Positions 48,867 to 56,514 of a stretch of DNA of 64,000 nucleotides are shown here, one piece after another; the stretch's first letter is position 1; the number at the start of each line of letters is the position of its first letter. The DNA lies in IMG/VR virus record IMGVR_UViG_3300045596_000094, positions 160,001-224,000 of that record. One strand, written 5' to 3'. Both the position numbers and the translations under genes were made by a program. Source of the DNA: a virus. Its lineage: Duplodnaviria; Caudoviricetes. A model generated the notes under the pieces. That model did not search any database, was not told the origin of the DNA, and worked only from the letters and a program-made list of their open reading frames with translations.

Positions 48867-49390
48867 ACTACTTCGTTCAGTTACCCCTAACACCTTACAT
48901 ATGGCCACTATGTCTAGAACATAGTTACTGTGTATCTTAGGCATTCATACTTTCTCAGTGTAGGGTTGATCTGTTGTCTTCTAAAAGACTATATAGAAAG
49001 AGATAACTCTTTTGTTCCCGCATTTAAGGGATTGGCTATTTATTAAGTTTTTGAAGTAGTAAGTCGTTATCTATTTTAGATATCAGTTTGACCTATACTC
49101 GTCCATACGAAATCCTCTTTTCCGCGGTACTGAGTATTTCAAAAGGTAAGCAGAAATCTTTAAATAAATGCTCCACTATTACAGGATAATAATGGAGTTT
49201 CTCCAAAGGGAAAGGTGTGTAGAACAACTCAAACATTTCACAGATACTGGGGAAGCTATAACATTCTTCCCTAAACTCATCTGCGATTGATCTAACCCCC
49301 ACACCTTCAAACACCTCGGAGAGCGCATCTAACAATCTAGATGTGATACGACCACTACCGAGTACGACTACTTGGATAGTGGTTTACCTG
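48802..49390 (-). ncRNA. Candidate large (about 580 nt) structured non-coding RNA
   Basis: More than 12 stems tile the interval, with nested multi-stem domains and one crossing 8-bp pairing; wobble pairs are G-U on the minus strand; ends in a cUUCGg hairpin plus U10. Confidence 0.6.
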
Positions 49391-49394
49391 CAAA

Positions 49395-49862
49395 TTATTT
49401 CAATAATTCAGCAGCAGCTTCAGCAATACCAGATTTGATACGGTTAATTGCAGCACCATTTTTAGTTGTTTGTTTAACAGTAGTATAACCAACAACTTCT
49501 TTGATTGTCGCTTCTTGACCTTTTTCTTTAGGTGGGATAGAAACTTGACCCACACGTTTAACAGTAACGTCAACAACAGAACTACCGATTTTAGTAGAAG
49601 CATTTACGTGAGAGAGTTCAGCATTTGTTTTTAATACGTCAAGACCTTTTGTACCGCCCGCATGTACAAAAGCTTCTTTATAAAGAACGTCGTGTTTATG
49701 TACGCCATCTGCTTGTTCAACACCAGTCTCACCAAATGTTTCTGGCAGTGTACCATTGTAGGTATCTTTGTCAGAAGCAAAAGTAAGTTCAGAGCCAGTT
49801 ACTTGGAACTGTTCTTGAAGAGATGCAGAAAGATCAAGGTAAGAAGTTTTAGCGTTAGACAT
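49395..49862 (-). CDS. Conserved, probably highly expressed early protein of phiKZ-like phages
   Basis: 155 aa, GGAG RBS, strong codon bias (GCT/GTT/ACT/AAA), early promoter at 49982-49995. Confidence 0.85.
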   Translation of the reverse strand: MSNAKTSYLDLSASLQEQFQVTGSELTFASDKDTYNGTLPETFGETGVEQADGVHKHDVLYKEAFVHAGGTKGLDVLKTNAELSHVNASTKIGSSVVDVTVKRVGQVSIPPKEKGQEATIKEVVGYTTVKQTTKNGAAINRIKSGIAEAAAELLK

Positions 49863-49981
49863 CGTGTCTACTCCAGTTTGAGATTTTAGAGAGTTTAATA
49901 AAACGTGTTACAATTACATAAGAACTACCACGCCATTTATTTTTAACGTGATAGTTGATATTTACATTACACTACATAAGG

Positions 49982-49995
49982 ATAGTGTAGATGTA
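49982..49995 (-). promoter_or_regulatory. Putative early promoter TACATCTACACTAT-N5-TG
   Basis: Motif family member; leader hairpin AACTATCACG/CGTGGTAGTT downstream. Confidence 0.55.
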
Positions 49996-50027
49996 TAATT
50001 TGTTTATCTTTGAATTTGGATATTCTT

Positions 50028-50585
50028 TTACCACAAACTACGAAGATTCACCGCTTGCGGATTGCCAACATGCATTTGGGTTCCTTGTTGGATTGCAGCG
50101 CGTTGTTTAGCAGCTTCAATCAATAGAGAATTGTGTTTGAAAGTCATCTCTACGATTTTGGCAAATGTTGTTTCTACACCAAAGAATGATCCAGAGATAG
50201 CTTGAAGCAGTTCCTGACGGGGAACACGATTCAGGTCATAGAACAAGGCATTTTTAGTCACACACTGGATATCAGTATCTTCGATACTTTTGACAATGTC
50301 TGATGGGAATGGTGACCAGCGTTGATTTGAACATACCAGCCACGGCTCATGCGACGATTGTTCTGATTTCGGTAATACAAGAATAGCTAGGTGTTTAAAC
50401 TTTGCTGTGAGGTGTTCCATTAGTGAAAAGAACGTAGCTTGGAGAGCCGGTTCAAAATCCACAGTATAGTAACCAATCACACAACCGTCTTCTTCAGAAT
50501 ATAGGCGAATTTCAGCAGCACCTGAGAACTCCATTACCGCTTTGTCTGGGTTAATGCTTTGTTTAATAATGTCTTGTACGTTCAT
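50028..50585 (-). CDS. Hypothetical protein, paralog family member 1
   Basis: I.LYS..D..VIG.Y...TAKF.H..IL...W....Q.W shared with 50991 and 51495. Confidence 0.75.
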   Translation of the reverse strand: MNVQDIIKQSINPDKAVMEFSGAAEIRLYSEEDGCVIGYYTVDFEPALQATFFSLMEHLTAKFKHLAILVLPKSEQSSHEPWLVCSNQRWSPFPSDIVKSIEDTDIQCVTKNALFYDLNRVPRQELLQAISGSFFGVETTFAKIVEMTFKHNSLLIEAAKQRAAIQQGTQMHVGNPQAVNLRSLW

Positions 50586-50642
50586 GTTAAATACCTTATA
50601 AAGTTAGATATGGTGTTCGAGATATTGAGGGGTAGTTATTAC

Positions 50643-50975
50643 CTACCCTTGGATGCGGATATCTTTAAAGCTTTCCAAGTAACGTGAAGTTACAAGGTGT
50701 TTCTCAGTAACCACTGGATCATCGGTAGGGTGTAACGGGTTAGTCAACATGATCGTTACAGCGTGGGTGTCGTGAATCTGGTTCACATCACGAGCTGTGT
50801 TGATTATTTCTGCTTTACCGTAGTTCTTTACCGTAACCGCCATGCTTGAATGGTTAAGTACAGTTTGCATTTTACCAGAAGAGTGTGTGGTGCCAAATAA
50901 TGATTCTAAAGTTTTCATTTTGATTACCTTGTGTTCTGTATTAAAGATAGAGTTAAAATCGTTAATATCGTACAT
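50643..50975 (-). CDS. Hypothetical protein
   Basis: 110 aa, AGGGG RBS. Confidence 0.65.
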   Translation of the reverse strand: MYDINDFNSIFNTEHKVIKMKTLESLFGTTHSSGKMQTVLNHSSMAVTVKNYGKAEIINTARDVNQIHDTHAVTIMLTNPLHPTDDPVVTEKHLVTSRYLESFKDIRIQG

Positions 50976-50990
50976 GAAAAAAACCCCTAC

Positions 50991-51455
50991 TTAAGCCAGC
51001 GCTGTGTAAATATAAGTAAACGTTGAATCAGCGATGTCAGCAGCAGGGAAAGATTCTAGAAACTTTTTTCGATAATGTCGATTGTTATCAAAACGCGACA
51101 TCTCCAAATAGGTGAGTATACCCATATCTTTCCGAACGAGACCATCGATAAAGTTACGCTCTAACCCATCCCATTGTTGATCGATTACTACCCATTGTAA
51201 CGCACTGAGATGTCCATCGCCGAGATAAGCAACATCAGGCTGGATTAGTACAACAATGTGTGGAAATTTGGCAGTAAATTTATTAATCCTTTTCATGAAC
51301 TTTTTAGAGGTTAGCGGTACTGCTATATTGTAACGGCCAATAACGACATTGTCGAGAGTACAGAATAATAACAAAGTGATAGGTCGATATGATTCACCAT
51401 CGAAGTTTTTAGGTAGATCGGTAATTGCATTTTTGATAGAAGTTAAAGAGTTCAT
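50991..51455 (-). CDS. Hypothetical protein, paralog family member 2
   Basis: 154 aa, AAGGA RBS. Confidence 0.75.
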   Translation of the reverse strand: MNSLTSIKNAITDLPKNFDGESYRPITLLLFCTLDNVVIGRYNIAVPLTSKKFMKRINKFTAKFPHIVVLIQPDVAYLGDGHLSALQWVVIDQQWDGLERNFIDGLVRKDMGILTYLEMSRFDNNRHYRKKFLESFPAADIADSTFTYIYTALA

Positions 51456-51494
51456 GGTAATTCCTTATTAAAGAGAAGGTTTAAAATATTAAAA

Positions 51495-52003
51495 TTACTT
51501 CGGATACTGCATGGTTTGTAATTGGTGAGCAACCATGTTTTTACCTGAATGGAAAGCTGCTGTAATAGTTTGATCCAGTAACCCACAAGTGCTAAATCCA
51601 TTGCTGCTAAATTCGCAACGTATCGTTGTTTCTCTGAGAATAGCGGGTATGTGATTAACGAATAAGTACACTGTATCCTGCGTAACATTACTGTAAGTAC
51701 TAAGATTCACACCTAACCAAATACCATTTAAACACATAAAGAAATTATTATCGTTGATAATTACATTATTTCTTGAAGTCAGGACAATATACTCGGGGTG
51801 TTGCTTGGTGAAAGTCTCCGCATATTGTTTAAACTCGTTCAGGTGTTTGTCGCAGTTATCTAAAGAATAGATGCCCACAATCATGTCTTCTTTTTAGAAA
51901 AAAGATAGATGTGGTTGATAATGCGGTTATTTGCGGTCAAAGAAACAACACCCTCAACGAGGTTTGTTGTAAGTTGGGTGTAACGTGATGATTTATTAGT
52001 CAT
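51495..52003 (-). pseudogene. Paralog family member 3, split by a -1 frameshift at about 51891-51895
   Basis: A 40-aa ORF (52003-51881, AAGGA RBS) plus the 129-aa ORF (51884-51495) join into IYLFSKKEDMIVGIY, aligning without gaps to IRLYSEEDGCVIGYY. Confidence 0.65.
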
Positions 52004-52058
52004 GTTTAATTCCTTAAAGTGAGTTTAAAAGATAATTTATATTACCTTATTCAAAATG

Positions 52059-52072
52059 ATAGTGTATAATTG
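52059..52072 (-). promoter_or_regulatory. Putative early promoter TATACACTAT-N5-TGAAT
   Basis: Motif family member. Confidence 0.6.
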
Positions 52073-52145
52073 TTTTTATTTTAGATTAGATTTTTAGACA
52101 GCATAAATAACCCCATAGCCTCGAAAGGCTATAAGGATAATTATG

Positions 52146-52640
52146 TTATTTTTGATGTGAACATAAACCGCGACCAATTGCCTTTTCTAAGCAAATGACT
52201 CTTACTCGAAAAGTAGGACCAAAACTTAATAACCTTAACTCATTAAGCAACATCCTCTGCCAGAGCTCAACTGTTCGTATTAGCTCTAACCCTTCATCTG
52301 CACTGAACTCTGTTTTTCCATAGAACGTTTTTAGCTGTATTCGCTTGACCAGAAAATGTATCATCAAACGAAGCTCCATAACCCCATATGTCTTCCGAAG
52401 AACAACTAACTCGCTATAGATGTGTTGCCATATCCAAACCCGTTCTGCGTCTGTGAGCAAGACAGTACGCACAAAGGTGGAGGTCATTAGATAGATGATA
52501 AACATCGCAGCTAATACACGAATACCCATAAGTAAACAACACTTTCGTTTGAATACTAAGAATAAAGCAACAACTAAAACTAAGCAGTACAGATAAATAA
52601 GATTATCGGATTGCCCCAAGGACAAACCGATAGATCCCAT
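52146..52640 (-). CDS. Membrane protein (two N-terminal TM helices)
   Basis: 164 aa, follows the head protease. Confidence 0.6.
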   Translation of the reverse strand: MGSIGLSLGQSDNLIYLYCLVLVVALFLVFKRKCCLLMGIRVLAAMFIIYLMTSTFVRTVLLTDAERVWIWQHIYSELVVLRKTYGVMELRLMIHFLVKRIQLKTFYGKTEFSADEGLELIRTVELWQRMLLNELRLLSFGPTFRVRVICLEKAIGRGLCSHQK

Positions 52641-52644
52641 TACA

Positions 52645-53424
52645 TTATTTCCAATGCGCAGAACGAGGAAGAACCGCAGCCCCTACAATCCCACGAGGAA
52701 TTTCAGGTTGGCGTTTCAAGCGTTCTAAACGTTCAACAATATCGTCAGATTCCATACCCGTAAACAAATCACGAGCACGTGCAATCGCATCGTTCAAGTT
52801 CTGTTGTGTAAAGGTGTGTAAATCTAATTGTTCTAGAGCAGGGTTATGGTATTTCGTAGCTTGCTCAATACCAGGCTCTATCACCCAATCGTAAGTTACA
52901 ATTTCCTGCATTTCTTTGGTCAATACACCGTTTACTGGATTAATGCGATCCATAGTGATTGAACGAATAGAGAATGCTGTATCTTGGTCGTTGTCATCCA
53001 AAGATAACCCTAGGCTTTCAGCAAACGGGCCAGCAGGTTTCAATCGAGCAAATACTGTAACGATGCGACCCCCGTCTTTATTACGGAACAGTGAGTCATC
53101 GATATGAAGTTCTTTGATGTGGTGAGAAACTGATTTCTCATCAATTGTTAATACGCGAATCATCCAGTCTTGTTTCGACATACCTGGGATTGGTTTTGGA
53201 TGACCAGCTTCACCAAATAGTTTCTTACCGGCAATGCGGCGTTGAAAATGGTGTGAGCTATCAAAATGCGATTTGGCGGAATTGAAGGTATAATACGCCC
53301 CAGCGCTGTTATACGTATCAAATCCTCCAACGATCATATCGTAATACCCGTCAGGATCACAACGAAGTTTTCCTTTCTTGGTAGTACCTTGAAGAATCGT
53401 TGGCTGATATGCGAAAGTAGCCAT
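52645..53424 (-). CDS. Prohead maturation protease (phiKZ gp175-like)
   Basis: NSAGAYY, GEAGHP (catalytic His), AFSIRS (catalytic Ser) and TYDWVIEPGI motifs. Confidence 0.92.
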   Translation of the reverse strand: MATFAYQPTILQGTTKKGKLRCDPDGYYDMIVGGFDTYNSAGAYYTFNSAKSHFDSSHHFQRRIAGKKLFGEAGHPKPIPGMSKQDWMIRVLTIDEKSVSHHIKELHIDDSLFRNKDGGRIVTVFARLKPAGPFAESLGLSLDDNDQDTAFSIRSITMDRINPVNGVLTKEMQEIVTYDWVIEPGIEQATKYHNPALEQLDLHTFTQQNLNDAIARARDLFTGMESDDIVERLERLKRQPEIPRGIVGAAVLPRSAHWK

Positions 53425-53472
53425 GATTGTTCTCTGAAGATTTCTAAAGTGGGCAAATGCTCATAGCATTTA

Positions 53473-54729
53473 CTAGAGGTTCGTTGTGCGAGGCATTTTC
53501 AGTCTCGGGAGAACGGGTTGTTTGCGTGGACAATGGGCATCTGACAAACGAATTAATCCGAGTGTCATCAGATCCACAGGGAAAGATTCTAGATTGTCGT
53601 AAATGCTTCGTTCGTTCATGACACAAAGCTTAATACGTTCTTCGGCATCTTCGCCCAATTCCTCACCACGCTTCACTTTATCCATAATGAAATTGAACTC
53701 TTCTAAGGTAAGTTCTAAAACAAAAGGAATAATAAGGTTAATCGCAAAGATCGCGTACGGTTGAATACTAGCAAGCTGTTTTAGACGATCTTTCTCATTG
53801 ACTAGGTCTATACCAATCTCTTCGTAAAGTTCCTTAGCTGCGTTATCACGCGGTTCCAGACCCTTTTCCCATGACCCACCAGGAAGTTCGTAAACATAAC
53901 CTTTCTTATTGGTTGATGTGGAACGAAAATCACGCACTAGAACATAACTACGAGAACCATCTGGATTTGTAAAGAAAGGTACCGTGTACGTTGCGTGGGT
54001 TCTACTGAAGATCCACTCACAGCTCTTTTCCCGATCCTCATTCTTGATCCAAATAGATACCCATGCTGAGAAACCAAATAGTTCTTTAAAGTTGTCTAAA
54101 GTAATAACGGACTTTACTTCAAAGGCGAGAACACGGTTCCCTTGATTCTTGTGGGTAATCCACCAATCTTGAAATTGATCTGACTTCCAGAATAGCAAAG
54201 GGATCTTACACTCTAAACCTTTACGTTCTGCACCTTCGCCAATACGCTCTACTGCTTGTTTTAGGCCGTTCTCTAGTTCAAAACATTCTACCTTAAAGCG
54301 TTTAGCCAGATCATCCAAATAACGAACGCTGATGGCGTCATGTGGTCTTGCATAAACCACGCGTCCAGAATCAATGTATCGACCAAACTCAATGTTTGTA
54401 GTAAGTCCAGGGTTTTCTTCAGTTCGAGCAACATAGAAGAAAATAACATCGGCACGATCTAAAGCGGTCTTTTCCCACTCTACTTGATTTTCGTAATCGT
54501 ATTCTTCATCCAACACATTCCCTAATTGAAAATGTTTTTCAGGAATAGGAATATAGATTGTTCCATCGTAACCTAGATTACGGAGTGCCTCTACAGCAAC
54601 ATGTCGCCAAGTTGAACCCATGGTATCACCCACACTGGAGCGAGGGGTGGGTCCCGCAAGGAAGATAGATTTTGTTACGGTATCAGTATCCTGATCATCA
54701 AAATAACTATCGCTATACTTAATAAACAT
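53473..54729 (-). CDS. Nucleoside 2-deoxyribosyltransferase-like domain fused to Nudix hydrolase
   Basis: IFLAGPTPR, TWR, QVEWE...L.RAD.I.F, PG.TTNIEFG; Nudix box ELPGG.....PRDNAAKELYEEIG; GGAG RBS before MFIKYS. Confidence 0.85.
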   Translation of the reverse strand: MFIKYSDSYFDDQDTDTVTKSIFLAGPTPRSSVGDTMGSTWRHVAVEALRNLGYDGTIYIPIPEKHFQLGNVLDEEYDYENQVEWEKTALDRADVIFFYVARTEENPGLTTNIEFGRYIDSGRVVYARPHDAISVRYLDDLAKRFKVECFELENGLKQAVERIGEGAERKGLECKIPLLFWKSDQFQDWWITHKNQGNRVLAFEVKSVITLDNFKELFGFSAWVSIWIKNEDREKSCEWIFSRTHATYTVPFFTNPDGSRSYVLVRDFRSTSTNKKGYVYELPGGSWEKGLEPRDNAAKELYEEIGIDLVNEKDRLKQLASIQPYAIFAINLIIPFVLELTLEEFNFIMDKVKRGEELGEDAEERIKLCVMNERSIYDNLESFPVDLMTLGLIRLSDAHCPRKQPVLPRLKMPRTTNL

Positions 54730-54743
54730 CACTTTCTCCAGAT

Positions 54744-55043
54744 TTAAATGCGACGACAACCGCGTGTACTTACAACAAACGCGGTGGACTCAGGGATTTC
54801 TTTATAACTTGACCAGGCAGCCTGATCAACATAGCAGTTAAAGCTATAGCCGTTAATGTGGGTGGTTTTAATATCACCGCTAAACCCCATCGAAAAAGCA
54901 ATATCGACCGTATTGTTAGATACTACTTTACTCGGATCTAGAAGTAAAGAAGCGGCATTACCTGCTACTGCGAAAAAGACACGACTGATTTTATTCTTAT
55001 CTGCAAACTCATTGATTGCTTCAATTAACGCTACACGTTCCAT
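54744..55043 (-). CDS. Hypothetical protein (weak resemblance to a minimal nucleotidyltransferase)
   Basis: FAVAGNAASLL....T.VDI pattern; probable start MERVAL. Confidence 0.55.
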   Translation of the reverse strand: MERVALIEAINEFADKNKISRVFFAVAGNAASLLLDPSKVVSNNTVDIAFSMGFSGDIKTTHINGYSFNCYVDQAAWSSYKEIPESTAFVVSTRGCRRI

Positions 55044-55135
55044 AACGGTCACCAATAGACAAAATTCATAGAATGCCAAAGAAAAAAGATAATGGAGAAA
55101 AACCCAGACCACCCGAAGGTAGTCTGGGGATGTTG

Positions 55136-55309
55136 TTAGTTATTACCGCGTAACTGGTTAATCGTTAATGATGTCGAAGCAACAATAAAAGTTGCAACTA
55201 ACACCGTGCGAGCAATTATGCAAGGGCCTTTTAAGGATACCTGCGCAGCTATGTGCGCGGCTGATAAAAGTGCAATCTTTTCAGAATGATCTAATTTACG
55301 TTTAGTCAT
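55136..55309 (-). CDS. Small hydrophobic protein (57 aa)
   Basis: MTKRKLDHSEK...; AAGGA RBS; below the ORF-track cutoff. Confidence 0.6.
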   Translation of the reverse strand: MTKRKLDHSEKIALLSAAHIAAQVSLKGPCIIARTVLVATFIVASTSLTINQLRGNN

Positions 55310-55406
55310 TGCGTTTTTCCTTCTTGTATCGGTTACCGGTGCGTTTGATTTTACCTTGGCTAATGTTGCGATATATTTCTTTTAAAGCAAGTACAAGAAT
55401 ATCCAT
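55302..55406 (-). CDS. Small basic protein (34 aa)
   Basis: MDILVLALKEIYRNISQGKIKRTGNRYKKEKRND; TAATG coupling with the upstream gene, GGAG RBS. Confidence 0.5.
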   Translation of the reverse strand: MDILVLALKEIYRNISQGKIKRTGNRYKKEKRND

Positions 55407-55672
55407 TAGTTTGTCTCCACGCAAGTATTAGTGAGGATGTTTAATTTGTCATTGCGTCTTTGAGTGATGATTCTGCAGTGACGATCATAGGTCAGAATGA
55501 ATACGTCATCTTTCAGCGATTCTTCGAGTCGTAACGAGGTTGGTTTAATACCTTGTTCAACCAAAGCGGTAACTGCTAATAATCTAACAGTTTTAGATTT
55601 GTTTGCATATGCGTAAGTTACACTGATAAGTCCGATAACAACTAATGCTAAAATTGCGTATAATGTTTTCAT
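55406..55672 (-). CDS. Small membrane-anchored/secreted protein
   Basis: MKTLYAILALVVIGLISV signal/TM segment; AAGGA RBS. Confidence 0.7.
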   Translation of the reverse strand: MKTLYAILALVVIGLISVTYAYANKSKTVRLLAVTALVEQGIKPTSLRLEESLKDDVFILTYDRHCRIITQRRNDKLNILTNTCVETN

Positions 55673-55731
55673 GATAATTTCCTTAAAGAGAAAGTAGAAG
55701 AAAGAAAGCATATACTTTCCTATTCACTTAG

Positions 55732-55749
55732 GTAATGTGTATCTGAAAT
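55732..55749 (-). promoter_or_regulatory. Putative early promoter ATTTCAGATACACATTAC-N5-TGAAT
   Basis: Motif family member; closest to the phiKZ early consensus TATATTAC. Confidence 0.65.
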
Positions 55750-55778
55750 AATTTTAATTGAGACAAAAGACAGCATAG

Positions 55779-55804
55779 CTAGAGAGTCCCTAGGGACTCT
55801 CTAG
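55779..55804. terminator. Terminator hairpin
   Basis: CTAGAGAGTCC / GGACTCTCTAG. Confidence 0.7.
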
Positions 55805-55811
55805 TATTGTG

Positions 55812-56513
55812 TTATTTACGTAACATGTTCTCAATAGCTTCTGGTTTCGTTGTAGGGGACACTAAGGCTGATGTGACACCATCCTCAAGGTTAGCCCCTA
55901 AAAGCTTCGCTGTCGTGCTTGAGGCGTTAAATAGAACACTATTGAACGGTACAACCACCGCAGGCTTATCCATTGGTCCATGTCGCCAGAATTTAAACTT
56001 ATCTTCACTATCGTGACTGATAATCGAAGTAACGATTTCAAACGGTACGTTGTTAGGGGAAATGTTCAACCCACCATATTCACGGTGAAGTGCAAATAGA
56101 TTCCCCATATCGTCCTGTGTCATAAAGTCTGGTGCCCGACCATTTGAATAGAAGTATTTGTTCATCTCGTAAAGTAAGTCAGAATCTTTGACAATCGTTC
56201 TGTCAGAGATTACTGGGGAACCCGCTTCAAAAGAGAACTCAATCCACTCAGTACCATTTGTCTTTACTTGTCGGGTTTGATCTGGTTTAATGTCAATAGC
56301 ACAACAGCCATTGAGTACACCATATCGATTTCCCACAACAAAAGCCGCAACAGCCAAGATCGTGACTTTCTCACCCATCTTAGCCATGCGGTATGACAAA
56401 TAGTTATACGGGATAACAATCTTACAAGCCTGCTTTGCGATATATTGCGTCTGCGTTTCCACGAGAGTATTTTCAATGAGTTTATAATCTCGTGTTAGCT
56501 TAGTAAAATCCAT
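55812..56513 (-). CDS. Conserved virion-associated protein (phiKZ gp176-like)
   Basis: 233 aa, T.AKL.G.....G..SALV.P......IE.MLR ending; synteny with the vRNAP genes. Confidence 0.7.
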   Translation of the reverse strand: MDFTKLTRDYKLIENTLVETQTQYIAKQACKIVIPYNYLSYRMAKMGEKVTILAVAAFVVGNRYGVLNGCCAIDIKPDQTRQVKTNGTEWIEFSFEAGSPVISDRTIVKDSDLLYEMNKYFYSNGRAPDFMTQDDMGNLFALHREYGGLNISPNNVPFEIVTSIISHDSEDKFKFWRHGPMDKPAVVVPFNSVLFNASSTTAKLLGANLEDGVTSALVSPTTKPEAIENMLRK

Positions 56514-56514
56514 C

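Noticed and set aside
48980-49070. Group I intron-like P7 words (ACGACU ... UAUAGUC) in the large RNA
   Set aside because: No interrupted gene on either side, J8/7 AAGAUA is absent, and a competing GUCUU/AAGAC hairpin is present; not supportable without a covariance-model hit.
49093-49335. 80-aa ORF (MLDALSEV...)
   Set aside because: TTG start with no RBS, and it lies wholly within nested RNA stems; more likely incidental.
48802-49390. tmRNA / RNase P / tRNA identity for the large RNA
   Set aside because: No tRNA-like acceptor or T-arm (GUUCGA...CCA) and no GAGGAAAGUCC P4 motif seen.
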